This document shows, in pieces, positions 37,701 to 50,099 of a stretch of DNA of 64,000 bases. The position numbers were made by a program, and so were the translations under genes. Below the pieces are notes generated by a model. That model searched no databases. It was given only the letters and a program-made list of their open reading frames with translations, and had not been told where the DNA came from. Positions within the stretch are counted from its first letter, which is position 1. Each line of letters starts with the position of its first letter. Location of the stretch: the NCBI RefSeq assembly GCF_036321535.1, contig NC_087436.1:120468001-120532000 (forward strand), read 5' to 3'. This DNA comes from Camelus dromedarius. Lineage: Eukaryota.

Positions 37701-40700
37701 GGAAAACACGGAGCAGGGTGCTGACCTAGGGGCTCAGGAGGGCTCCCTGGAGGAGGTGTGGCTCCGTCCAGTCGGTTTGGCTGCGCAAACTCAGTGACCC
37801 ACATTAGCAGGGGCTCAGTAAAGGTGCCTCGCTTCCTTGAGAAGGAGGATGCAGCTTTGAAGCAGCATCTGCAGGGGGCCCGGCCCTGGCCACTCGGCGT
37901 TGTGCCTCAGGAAACACAGGCATCCGATACATCAAGGCCTCCAGCCAGCAAAGCAAACATTAACCGGACACCTGCCACCTACGTGCGAGGCTCTAGGGAC
38001 CGGGAGGGGAAGCCCAGAGCCCCCTTTCACGAGAGGAGCACGGGCAGGCCGTCGGGGGCTCAGGCACGGGGCAGCAGAGCGAAGGCCGGTCTGCGAAGAC
38101 CTGCTGGGAGGCCGGTGAGGGCGGCAGCGCTGGAAGCAGAGGGAGCAGCCCGTGCAGGGGCCCCGGGCAGGGGGTCCCGGCGGCCCCTCCGTCCTCCGGG
38201 GGGCCGGCGGGGTTGTGGGAGGACAGACCTTGGCCGTCCACACAGCAGCTCCAGCCGAGAGGGCCAGGGCTGCTTCAAGCTACCGTTTTCCAGCACGGCT
38301 GTTGGTGTCGCTCACGCACCCACCAGCCGCCCAGCGAGCGCACTGCTGAAATCCACGTTGTTGTTTGAGTTTGGATTTGTGTTTTTCTTTTTAAGGAAAA
38401 ACAGCTGCAAGGCCAGGAGAGAATGGAGGTTTTGGAGAAACTTCTGACACCACAGGCTCAGCTTATAAACTCAGGGCCAGGCCCAGGGCCACCCCCTCCT
38501 GCAGGCCTGGCCGCTGCGCTCCCACGCACGGGCTGGGCCACCCCGACCAGCAGGATGACGGCCCGCCCCTCCGGCCTCGGACCCAGGCCAGCTGGACATC
38601 CGCCTTCCTTCATCTGCTAAGACAGGCAGAGGGTCTCAGGGCAGCTGCTCAGTGTGTCCGCCTCGGGCTCTCGGGAGCTCTGCTCCGGCAGGGCTGAGCT
38701 GGGCCCGTGTGGCAGAGTCACAGCTGCCCCCCCCGGGGGCTGCCGCCCTGGCGCGTGCAGGGCATGGGGCTGTCCTCCGCGCCCCCAGGGCCCAGAAGGC
38801 AGCGTCCTCCCCGCTGTGACGTGCAGCCGCGGCGGGTCAGCACTGCCTGAACGTCTCCCGTGAGTCGGGCCCGTCACCCTCGAGTCCTCGCTCCAGCCCT
38901 GCCTGCCGGGCAGTGGGCGTTGCCCTATTTCACAGGTGAAGCAACGGAGGCCCCACGAGGACTGGGGGCCAAGGACACCAACACACAAGTTCTCTCCCCT
39001 CTGGGTCTCTGGGTCCAGCCTAGAAAAGGGACAGGGAAAGGCCCTGGGCCCGGAAGCCCGAGGCTGGGACTGCAGGCTCGACTCCGATGTCAGCGCAGCC
39101 AGGAGAGGCGAGGGTTGGATCTGGCAGCCCCCACCTCCCTCACCCTGCCCCTGCCGTCCCATGCCCAGCGCAGGAAAAGAGGGTTCCCAAGGGCCTCCGC
39201 GGCGAAGCAGAGCGAGGGGGTGTTACACCAGGGCCCTGGGGCGGAGGGTTGGGAAGGTCCCAGAGAGGGTCCAAGCTGAGGCTGGTGGAGGGTGAAGTCA
39301 GTGGTCTGGGGTGGCTGGGCTGCAGGGCCAGGAGGGGAACAAGGTGGGGAGCCCCGTGAAGGGCCCTGAATGACAGTCCAGGGAGCTCCCACCTGCTCCT
39401 GAGGGGTGGGGTGGCTCCCCCAGTGCTGGCTCAGAGGGAGGGGCATGACTGGGGGGTGGAGAGGAGGAGCTCCCACGGGAGGGAGCACCCAGTGCCTCGT
39501 CAGGACCAGGTACCTGGGAGCCGAGGGTGACCCACCGCTGCTCCCGTCCCTGGCTCGGGACACAGGGAGCAGAGGGCGGGCGAGATTGGGACCCAGCGCT
39601 CTCCTTGTCTGCCAGCCTCTAGATCAGACAGCCCTTCCCTCTAGTCCTGCGGGGGGACTGGACGGGACGAAGGCCAGTCCCTAGAGAGAGCGGAGAGCAA
39701 AACCTCTTTTCAGCCAGGCTCCTCTGAGCTGCCGGGGACACAGACACACATTGAAGTCACAGGGCTTCTCTCCACCTATTAAACTTACATGTTCTGAAGC
39801 AGCAGTGCCTGTGCCGGGGCGGGGGCAGGGCAGGGCAAGCTGGTGACCGCATTCCCGCGCTTTGCTGTTGACTTCATAAATCAGGAACTCACATGCACCG
39901 TTAAATGACAAACACGTGCGTGGACCTCAGCTCGGAAGTTCCCACCTGGGAGTGCATCCTGAAGATGGTTCAAGGCGCATGGAATTGGGGCGGGGGCGGT
40001 GGAAAGTTTGCACAAAGGTAGCAAGTTGTGAAACTGATAGAGCACCTGCCACGTGCCCGGCCTGGGGCGGCGCGGGGAGCACGGAGGAGGAAGGTCCCGG
40101 TGGGTTCGGGACAAGCGGGAGCTGTTCGAGCGCAGCGGGAAGGGTGTTCCAGGCAGAGGGAACAGCCCACACAGAGGCCGAACGGCCTGCAGAGGGCGGT
40201 GGGCGGCAGCGGAGGGGCCAGGGCATTGGGCTTCTGCGTGAGGGCCGGGGGCCTGGGGAGATGGGCTCAGGTCTGCGCTGGTCTAGAGACCTCGACGGTC
40301 ACGGAGGGGGGGATGAGGTCTGAATGCAGGGCTGTGGCGTGTGGAGGTGCGAAGCTGGGGCAGAGGGACACTGGGTAAGAACCACGAGCAGCTGGAGTGA
40401 GAACAGAGCAAGCAGGATATGCCTGGACATCTGGTGTGAGTGGACGTACAGTCAGTTTCGCTTAGTTAAGTTTTTAAAAATTGCTTTACGAGGCCCCAAC
40501 GTGCCAGCCGAGCAGGGAAACGGTGCTCCTGGCGCCCCTAGTCCTTGTTCTGCCGTGTGTGGCCCTCTGTCTGCCTCTGCCTGCGGGCTCCAGAGGGGCT
40601 GCACCTGCCAGCTCACCACCATCCTCCCTGTGCTGGGAGGAGGGGAGACCCCAGTCGCCCTGCCCTGTTCCTGGCTCGGGGCTGAGCACTTGGCGGAGAA

Positions 40701-41827
40701 GGGGACCCGAGACAGTGGGTCTGATGGGCCCCACAGCCGTGTCACGGGGTGAGTCTCGTGACCTCACTGAGCATACCTCACTGAAATTTGGGGGAGTAGG
40801 GTTCAACAGGTCACTCAGAGGAGGGGCTGGGCGCAGCCTCATTGTACGCGCAGAGACCGCATCACCAAGGGGCAGCCCCACCCCCACAGCTCAGCTCAGG
40901 CAACAGCTCAGTGGCACCTGAGTGGTTAACGTGCTGCCTGGAGGGAGGCAGGGAATTTGCCAAGAGTATTGTCAGAGTTTGCCAGGAGGCCTCTCTTCCA
41001 AGATGCTCGCCCGGGGGTCTGGGCTGTCTCACAAGCCCACCCTGCAGGCTCTCTGGCAGGCCTCCCAGGGTTGGGCCTGACTCACGGTCAGGCCAATAAA
41101 CAGGACAGCCGTGACCTCACAGGGCAGCTCCTCGCAATGGCCAGGGCTTGGCGGTAAGGGACGGATGGAGCCCCGCATCTGGGTCAGATCAGTCGCCGTG
41201 GACAGGTCGCAGGCCTGAGAGCCAGCCTTGCCTGTGGGGATGTAACTGTGACATCCCAGAGCCCCAGGGCTGCCACAGGAGAGTTTAGCAGATGATCCTT
41301 CAGAGCTTTGGTGAGAAAAGTGCCTTCCCCGCCCCTCAGGGTGGCGTGTTCCAGGGAGGTCAGAGGCCCAAAGGGGCTGGGGAGGCCCTGGGGCAGCGGG
41401 TAGACCTGGCCCCTCACCTGAGGTGCCCGAAGTCCGGTCGAGCCCAGACCGCCTGGGCCAGGGGTCAGGCTGCCGGGGCAGCAGTGCAGGGGGGCACCGC
41501 CCATCCGAGGGGAGCCGTGCACGGAGTAGCAGCCTCCCCTGGCCGTCCAGGGCCAAGGGCTGCATCTCTGCTGGATTTGGAGACGCTGGGCCCCAGGGGT
41601 GGCAGCCGGTGGCAGTGGCAGATGTGTTCACACCCCTCCATAGCCACTGTTTGGACTTTGTCCCCACAGTCCCTGAGAGCCAGTAGGCGGAGGTGAGGAC
41701 CTGCAGCAAAGAACACGTACAGCGGGGCAGTTCCAAACAGTGTTAGGCACCCCTATTTACTCACTCGCTCAGAGACCAGCATGAAGCAAATGCTTATTGG
41801 GTATTTGCTAGATGGTTGATAGTGCAA

Positions 41828-41935
41828 GGGTGGGGCTGGGCGGGCGGGGTAGGGGTGGGATGGGGTGGGGCTGGGTGGAGGTGAAGGGTGGGGGTGGGGC
41901 TGGGTTGGGGTGGAGGCTCGGGGCTGCTGGGGGAT
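41828..41935 (+). repeat. G-rich low-complexity tract with many GGG runs
   Basis: gggtggggctgggcgggcggggtaggggtgggatggggtggggctgggtggagg... Confidence 0.85.
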
Positions 41936-43479
41936 GCTGTGCTGGTGGACGTTGGCTGCCACAGCCCCTCTCCTGCCTCTCGGAGCACATCATCCCAGAG
42001 TTTTCAAGGTTGCTTCGGGGAAGCGTGGCACCCTTGTCCAGGGCTGAGATTTGAAACCACTGTGGTCCTGGAGCGCACAGGGAAAGGAAATCTCTCCCTG
42101 GTCGCCGGACCACGGAGGGCGCTTCTCCAGCCTGGTTGTGGGGAGACGGCAAGTAAACACAGACCAGACACCGTCTGATGCCAACAGCTGGACAGGATGC
42201 CTGCGCCTGCTTCCCTCCGTCCCCACAAAGGGCTCTTGTGTCCCCCGCCTGGGCCCCCGTCACAGCTGTCCGAGCGAAGTGTCCTCTCTGCTGCCGGTGC
42301 TCCCTGTGGGCCAGCCGGCAGGGGTGGTTCCCTAGGGATGGGGAAGCACCATCCGCAGAGCTGTCACCGCCATAGAGATGGCAGATGGGGACACTGAGGA
42401 GGCGGAGAGGTGAGGGTCCTGCAGAGGTGTGACCAGGCCTGCGGGCCTCCGGCCTCCCCGAGGGCATGCCTGGGAGCAGGGCATCCTTCCTGGAACTGCC
42501 TCTCTGGGAGGACGTTGTCCTTCCCGAGCGGCTCTCCGGAAACGTGCCCTTGGGGCGGCCGGATGCTCGCGGTTCCTGGTGGGGACTGACCGTCCCAAGC
42601 CCCTCGTGCTTTCTGCTTCTAACATGGTCACGAGTGTGACTCTGGACACCTGCCCACCCAGCATCCAGACAGAACCACCACACTGGTTCTTAGGCCTCTG
42701 CTATCTCTGCAGACCTCAGTCTCAGGAAGGTGGCTGGGAGGGACTGGAGGGGGCGGGGGAAGGAAACTTCTGGAAGGACGACTTCACACCAGACCACCCA
42801 GACAGAACACAGGCAGCCGGTTCCTCTTCCACGCCCTTTGGCGCTCAGCAGTCCCAGGGCCTCCTTTAGACTCACAGAAGGTTAGCTCCGGAGGAGCTGC
42901 AGCCCCAGCCCGGGAGCCCCTCCCCGAGGGGCTGTGGATGCACGCGGGGCTGAAGGCTGGTCACTGGAGCCCTGGAGTACCAGGGTCCCCACCGGAAACT
43001 GGGGCGACTCCCACATCTGGAATCAGATGAACGGCGTATGTTGTATGCGGCCTGTACTTCGTCCCTGGCAGGGGCCCCGTGCGCCCTGGAGCTGGGGTGG
43101 GGGGATGGGAGGGGACCCTGAGTCTGCAGCCCTGACAGTGGGTGGCCTGACCCTCAGGCCCACCGCCTGGCTCCAGCCCCCACCCCCACGCTGGGGGAAG
43201 GGAAAGGCAGAGAGCGGCCCGCCAGCTCCCAGGCCAGCCTCACACAGGTCTCCTCCTGGCTTCCCTTCCGTCGCAAGTCATCCGCATCCACACACCTGGG
43301 GTTTCCCCGGACACATACACTGTCCCTACTCCTGTGGCCTTTTCCCTCTAGGCGGTGGGAACACACTGAAATCTCATGCTGGGCGCAGCGTGCCCACCCT
43401 CCGAGGGACCCTGGGCCAGCAGCCAAAACGCTCTCTGAAATGGGTGAGCTCATCTGGGGCACATGGCAGCCTGCGCGTT

Positions 43480-43834
43480 AGCTTCCGTGTCCACAGCCTG
43501 GTCAGCTCAGACACAAAGGTCTCCCCCCGCATCCTGAGCCGGGCGTCTGGGCCGCGGTGCGGGCAGGGCTGCTTCCTCCCGAGGCCTCTCTCCTGGGCTT
43601 GCAGACAGCCGTCCTCTCCCTGTGTCCTCGTGTGGTCGTCCCTCTGTGTGTGTGCGGGTTCCAATCCCCATTCTTGCAGGGACACCAGTCCTATTGGATC
43701 AGGACCCACGAGTGTGACCTCATTTTACCCTAATCACCTCTTTAAACACTCATCTCCAGGAACCATCACCTTCCGAGGTGCTGGGGGTGGGCTTCTGGTG
43801 TATGGATTTGGGGGGACAGGATCCAGCCGTAACA
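43480..43834 (-). mobile_element. MaLR LTR (MLT1A/B-type)
   Basis: gaggcctctctcctgggcttgcagacagccgtc...gggacaccagtcctattggatcagg...gacctcattttaccctaatcacctctttaaa...gatccagccgtaaca. Confidence 0.85.
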
Positions 43835-46800
43835 CCTCAGAAATGCACTTCCTCCCCCACACCCCGCAGTTACCGTGAGCGGAGGCGAGCAGCTCCGGAA
43901 GCACGTCTGCCCGTCAACGGGGCTGGGGAGGGGCAGGAGCAGTGGCTCTCGTTGTTGTTGCCCTGCAATGGTTTCTGAAGAATTTCAACTGCAACGGTTT
44001 TGCAAGATGAAAAGTGGACCTGTCACCGGCTGGTGAGCCCCGTCTCATCGTACTGTGCTCCAGCATTACTTTCACGGCGGGCCACACGTCCTGTCCTGCC
44101 TGCTCCACACGGGGCGCCACAGGTCCTCAGTGTGAAGGACGCAGGACCGATGGCACCCTGGCTCGTACACCAGGTGGACAAGCCAGTCTGCTGCCAGCAC
44201 TCCATACACGTCCACACAGAGGCTGCGGGTCGGTCAGGGGAGTGGGGATGCCCCAGAGAAGGGTTGAGGGAGCCGGGCTCAGGTGCAGGACCCCAGCAGC
44301 TCTCCTGGGGTTGGGAAGCCACACAGGAAGCCAGAAGTGGACAGCACCAGGGACAGAGTAAACTGTCCGTGCAGCCTCAGGCCCTTGACGCCAAGTGTTG
44401 AGGGGCGCTCACAGAGACAAAGACCGCGTGACCAGGGCTCTCCCAGAGCGCAGCTCTTCTGTGCAGCCTGGGATTCGCAGAGAAGGGCCAGCCTGGGCCA
44501 CATGAAGCTCCTCCTGTGGCCACACTGGTCCCTGGTCCCTGGGCAACACCCTCCGCCTAGGCGAGAGGGCTGGAGACTGGGGCAGAGCCAGTCCTGGGCA
44601 CATGCAGGCAGGTGGCGGGATGGCAGCTGGTTTTCTCCTCCATCTTGGTACAGGATAACCTCTCCCCTGCCCCACTGACCGCCTACCCCCCCGCCACACT
44701 CTCCCCAGAACTCAGGCCCATAGCAGAGGCCGTGGTCCTCAGACTCAACATATCAGAACTGCCCAAGGTCCCGGAAGAGGGCAGATTCCCGGGCCCAGCC
44801 CGGAGCGTCCAGGTCCGTGGGCCCAGGACTGCATGATACACCCTCTCACTCAGCCCCTACAGCCCTGGAAGATGGCTGTTAGGACTTCCATCAAGGAGGA
44901 AAACGACCTCGGGAAGGTTAGGAGATGCGCCCCGGGCCTCACAGCAGGCACCGAGTGGGGCCTGAACCCAGGGCCACTCCAAGGCCTGTCCCCAGCTGCC
45001 AGAGAGACACTGGCCAGGGTCTTCGAGGGTGATGGCAATAGGGAGAGTCTCCTGGAAGCTTTGTTTTGCATCGCTCGGAGCGAAGGTAGCGTCAGGAATG
45101 TCTGCAAAGCTGAGTTCCTGCATCTAGGAGACACCCCAGGAGCTGCTGGGGTTTTGATTTCCTTCGGCCTTTGTAAGAGGATACAAGCATTTTCTCCCCA
45201 AGGCAGACAGTCCTCCTTGCGTGAGGGACTTCCGAAGGGACCCTGTTCAGAGCTCAGGGTCCTCCGGAGGGAGCAAGGCTTCCGGCCCTGTGACAAGTGT
45301 GTCAAGGAAACAACTGTGCTCACGTCAGTCTTCCTTCACCCCCCCAGGACCCCTATTCGCCATGGGACCAAGAACCTCCCTCCTCTGGGTGTCACAGAGC
45401 AAGATGGGCCACCGCCTGCACGGCCTGGCAGGTGGGGCACCAGCTGAGGTTGGTCGGGGGTCATCCCTGGGAGCCGCGGGAACCCTGGATCCTCACGGAG
45501 CCTCACTGAGCGGAATGAGAAAGCAAAAAGCAAATCAGAGGCTGCCGCAGGTCAGCAGGCAGCACCAAGCAGCCAGGAGTCCCCAAACCAGAGACAGACG
45601 CTCCCTGTCCCCCTGGAGGGTGGACCTCCCGCACATCCACCCAGGAGCCAGGCGCTGGGCTCTGTGGGTGGGGTCTGCTGGCCCAGCTCACCTGCGGCTC
45701 ACACGCCTGGAGGCCAGGGCCTCTGCCACCCCCATGGGCTGGCTCTGGCCTCGGGCTCACGTGGCAGCAAAGGTCATCAGCAGGCAGCACGCTGCCCAGA
45801 GAAAGCGAGAGACCCCTCCGTCCCAGCACCCAAGTCAGTCCCAGGCTCAGCCCGACAGGCCCCTTGGGCTGAGCCAGCGACTGGGGCAAAGGGTGAGGGG
45901 GGGCCAAGGAGCCTGGGCCAGAACTAGCCCAGTCCTGGAGCTGACATGGGACAGAGCTGGGGTTCCATTGGGAGGAGGATGGGGCTCCTGGGGACAGGAA
46001 ACCCACAGGTCCACCCCATGAAGGGGGACAGGGACCACCAGGGTCAGACCTGAAAACCTGGTCCAGCTCTGCCACTTCCTGGCCGTCTGGCCCCTGGCAG
46101 TGGTTTTAGCCCATCAGGGTCAGTTTTCTCCTCTGTAAAATGGGCACGACACATCTCACATCACATAGTCTAACGGTCCCGCGACAGCCAGCAGAAAGGT
46201 CCATCAAACACTATGTGCTCCTGAACCGCAGCCCCTGCTGCCCATCCAGATGCGCTGCGGTGGGGGAGGGTGTGCACCCCTTTTCCAGGCGTTAAAACTG
46301 AGGCTTGGGAAGCCAAGGAACCACCCACAGAATTAAATTCAGTCTTTAAAAACTGATTCCTGCCCAGGCCCTTCATGTGCTCAGAGGTTCTCTGGGCTAT
46401 TTTGGAAAACAAGCAGCGGTGCTCCGTGGGGGCCAAGACAGGGTGGGGAGGGCCCCGGGGGCTGCGAGGGCAGAGGCCCCAACCCTCCTGGACCAGTCAG
46501 AGGCTGCGGGGAATGGAGAGGGGCCAAGAGTGAGAAGCCCCCACCATCCTGGCCGGGGGCACACAAGTGATGCGCGGAGACACCCACACCCCCTCCACCC
46601 CCCAGCTGCCCCCAGGAGCAGCCTGGGCCTACGTCCGGGAGAGTGTGGAGGAGACGCCCCGGGGCACGGGCGGCACTGGGGGATCCACCTCTGGCGAGAG
46701 CAACCTGACTCCCAGCGCAGCGCGCACATGGCCGGCAGGCCCGGCCTGAGGGCTGACTGGACACCCAGACCATTACGGCCCTTCCCCCCTTGGAAGCATC

Positions 46801-47357
46801 TCCTTGATGGAAGCTTCCAGATCCACGCAAGAAAGCAATACAGCTGATTTCCTTTTCCTTAAAAATCTTCAATTATGTCATTTGGATGGTCTGTGGTGCA
46901 AACTAGCGAGGTTACAGGTTCCGACACCATTGAATTACACGAGAAAGTCAAACCAGAGTGAACAAAGAATCAGTGTGGCACCCTTTAGGGCCCAGTGAAG
47001 CAGAGCCTTGTGAAAAAATCTCAGAGGAACGCAAAACACCACCTGGCCAGCAACTCCCGTTACCTGCCACCGCCTTTACATTCAGCGTGTGAAAACAGAA
47101 CGCGCAAAGCTCTCATCATCAGAAAGTGCAGAGTCCATCAGAAAGACATGACTGAGCAGCAGATTAGGACGGATCCCCCCAGTCAGTCCTGGTGTGACTC
47201 TGGGGGTGCCCAGCTTCGGACTGGCCGTCCCGCCGTGGGCTCAACAGGGGTGAGCGCCACGGTGCGGGTTCAGAGGGGACAGCCGCCTCCGGGACCTTCA
47301 GAACTCGAACATGAGGTCCGTGGCCTTATTAGCTTCGTCGGAACCTGGCCAGTGTGA

Positions 47358-47477
47358 CTACAGCTTTGATTTCAAACTTCCTACGACGGGCTTGTTGGCA
47401 GAGAATTCCGGCCACCACGACGCTCTCTCCAGCACCCTGCTTCCCTGAAGGACTGCGGTCCAGAGGTTTTTATAGAG
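47358..47477 (-). CDS. ACOX3: Peroxisomal acyl-CoA oxidase 3, last coding exon with PTS1 (SKL)
   Basis: Minus strand tgttttgcag|CTCTATAAA. 120 bp, encodes [39 protein letters not shown] then TAG. Confidence 0.96.
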   Translation of the reverse strand, partial: LYKNLWTAVLQGSRVLERASWWPEFSANKPVVGSLKSKL

Positions 47478-49199
47478 CTGCAAAACACACACAACACAGT
47501 CACACGGAATGAGATTCCTCCCACGGTCGAGGATGCCAACACAGCCGCCCTCGGAAGTTGCTTTAAAAACACAGGAAGTCCTCCCATCACTTCTCAGAAA
47601 CCTTTTCAGATGATGTAACTTTAGTTCACACACTTCTTCGTCAGCAGGAAACAGCCGTGAAATGCAGTTATAAGGCACCGTGAAGCACATTTACGACGAA
47701 ATATCCTGCGTGGCCTTTTCTCTGGAAATTCTCATGGGAAGTGGGTCCTGCAAGTCTGTGTTTGCCGTTGGCTCTGAAATCTGCCCTCCCACCCCTACGT
47801 GGCTGCTGGCCGGCAGGTGGCGGTGCAGCCAAGCAGCAGGATGGCCGTCCTGTCTCCGGGCCACCGGGCCTGAGCATACACCGGCCCTCTCTGCCCGCCC
47901 TGAAAGACCCCACTGGGCCGGCCGCCTCCCTGGGGCCTCCGGACTGAGCTGCTTTCTGCCTGTTGCTCGACCTGGCATCTTAAAGGAAGGGCATGGGTGT
48001 GGCGGGCAGCCGGCGGTGGCTTGCTCCCGGCTCCCAGCACAGCCAGCGTCAAGGCTGAGGTCCTTGGAGACAGGGTGGGTCCTATTTTGTGTCTGGCTGA
48101 TGTGGACAGACGTTACTGTTAAGAAGCTGTCCGCCCTGCGCCTGCTGAAGGCACTTAGCAACTCCTCCTGCCTTCTGCTCTTCCTGGCTCCCAGAGCCAC
48201 AGGGCCAGGCTGTCTCCCCACAGGTCACAAGTCAGGGGTTACATTTCACACTGTGGAACACCATGCATCGTGTAATGATGGTGGTACAATAGTGGCACCT
48301 GGTTCAAACCTCAGCCCTCGACACTGGGAGAAACGTGCACTCTGTAGACCACCCTGTCCAGCGAGGCCTCGGGCTGGCTCTGGCCTCAGTGTGGGATCTG
48401 GGGCCCCCAACTTGGGACAGTACAGGATGACCCTACTTCTCAGTCCCTCGCCCCCACCGTGCGTCAGAGGTGCCTTCTGCAGATCCATTCCAGCTCCTCC
48501 TGGATGGAGCTCCCATGTGCTCAGGGGTCCTCAGACAGTGCCACATCCAGGCAGGCCCCCGTGATGGCATTGCTGGCTGCCTGGTGAGCCCTCATCCCAG
48601 GGGCTGGCCCCTCTCCCGGGGACTCATGGCACATTTTCCTCATGCTCCCACCAGGGCCCTGGCCACCCCAACGGACTGACTTTCGCTCTCCTGTCTTCCC
48701 TCCAAACAGTCCATCTCTACCCAAATCCTGGCCCTGCTGCCTCCTGGCTGGGCAACCAAGGGTAACCCGCCCAGCATCTCGGGATGCTGCTCAACACCCA
48801 GCTCTGCAGCCAGAGGACAGCACGCCCCCCTCAGGTGTACTGTTCCTGCCCTCCTGATCCTATGGGCGGCTCTTCTATCCTGCCCACCCCAGTGCCTGCT
48901 CCACCTGTCCCAACCCCAGTGTGGCTTGGGCCGGGCAGAAGTCTAGGCTCCTGTTCCCCTGCGCTGACTGCAGTGTCCCCTGTGGACAGATGGGGGAGTC
49001 AGCTCCATTTATGCAGAGCCTGGGTCAGCCTGGGTGTCTCAGCAGAAAGAAATGACAGCCGTGAGACCTCAGACACGTGACTTCACTGAAACGTCACATT
49101 CCATGGAAACACAGGGACAACCCACAGGTAGTGCGGTGCTGAGAGGCACCGCGCAGACCTGTGGGCATCGTCCAGCATGAGCATCTCCATGTGGCAGAG

Positions 49200-49780
49200 G
49201 ACGCACGTGGGCTTGATGACACAGCAGAACAAAGTGGGGGTGGCACTTCAGCTGGAGCCAGGGAAGAGCCCTCTGAAGAAGCAGCATTCTGCTTACAACG
49301 AACAAGAGTCCTCCCTGCAGCAAGAACAGCAGGTGCAAAGGCCCTGGGGTGAGGATGAGCCCAATACAAGAAACAGGACAGGGAAGCTGGAGTCCAGAGG
49401 GCAGGAGGAACGTGGTGTGAAGTGACCTTGGAGAAGCAGGCAGAGGTCAGGCCGTTAGGGTATGGGGCACAGGAAGGAATCTGGATGTAAGTTCCAGGTA
49501 TGCGGGACGCAGAGAGGGGGCTCAGAGGAGCTGCTTGACGAGATTGGCTTTTAAAAAAATCACTCTGGAGCACGGGCGACAGGGTGGGTAGGGGAGGAGA
49601 TCGGGGAGCTGCGTCGGGGGGTGCCAGGGGAGCTCAAGTCGGGGGCTGAGTGGCCCCACTGACGGAGGGGTCAGGACCCTGCACTGTGACATGGTCAGGA
49701 GACCTGGGACTGGAATGGCCCCCAGGGGAGGTGAAAAGAGGGAGACACTGCAGGGCCCCCAGCTCCACGCAGGCCCGTGC
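49200..49780 (-). mobile_element. Degenerate LINE-2 fragment in an ACOX3 intron
   Basis: aagaacagcaggtgcaaaggccctgggg and gattggcttttaaaaaaatcactctggagc are L2-like motifs. Confidence 0.65.
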
Positions 49781-50012
49781 TAACCTTGGCATCATGGCCC
49801 AAGTGGGCAGTAACAACTCCCCATCTCTGGGAGGAAGGCAGGCTGGGTGCTGGCTAACCCGCCCACAATCACCCACCCCAACTTCTCCCAGCCACTCCCT
49901 CCCCTGCTGCCCACATGTGAGGAGCGGCACCCCCGCAGCCCCAGAGCAGCCCCTGGCTCATGCTCCGGCACATGGCGTCCCCCTGTAGCCCCGGGAGGGA
50001 GGCTGCTTTCAC

Positions 50013-50099
50013 CTCGCCGTCGGCTCTGCCAATCGGGGAGTCCAGGATGAAGTCCGGAGGGGCGATCACGTCCACCAGGGCAACAGCATCATCTTTCAG
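50013..50099 (-). CDS. ACOX3: ACOX3 penultimate coding exon
   Basis: cttaacag|CTGAAAGAT...GGCGAG|gtgaaa. 87 bp, phase 0/0, encodes [29 protein letters not shown]. Confidence 0.96.

Noticed and set aside
29735..48564. Long ORFs of 230-314 aa (29735-30532, 34664-35515, 36752-37561, 41808-42683, 42934-43878, 45221-46021, 47680-48564)
   Set aside because: They are Pro/Gly/Arg/Ala-rich with no recognisable domain, overlap on both strands and partly run through LTR or L1 remnants. This is expected by chance in high-GC DNA.
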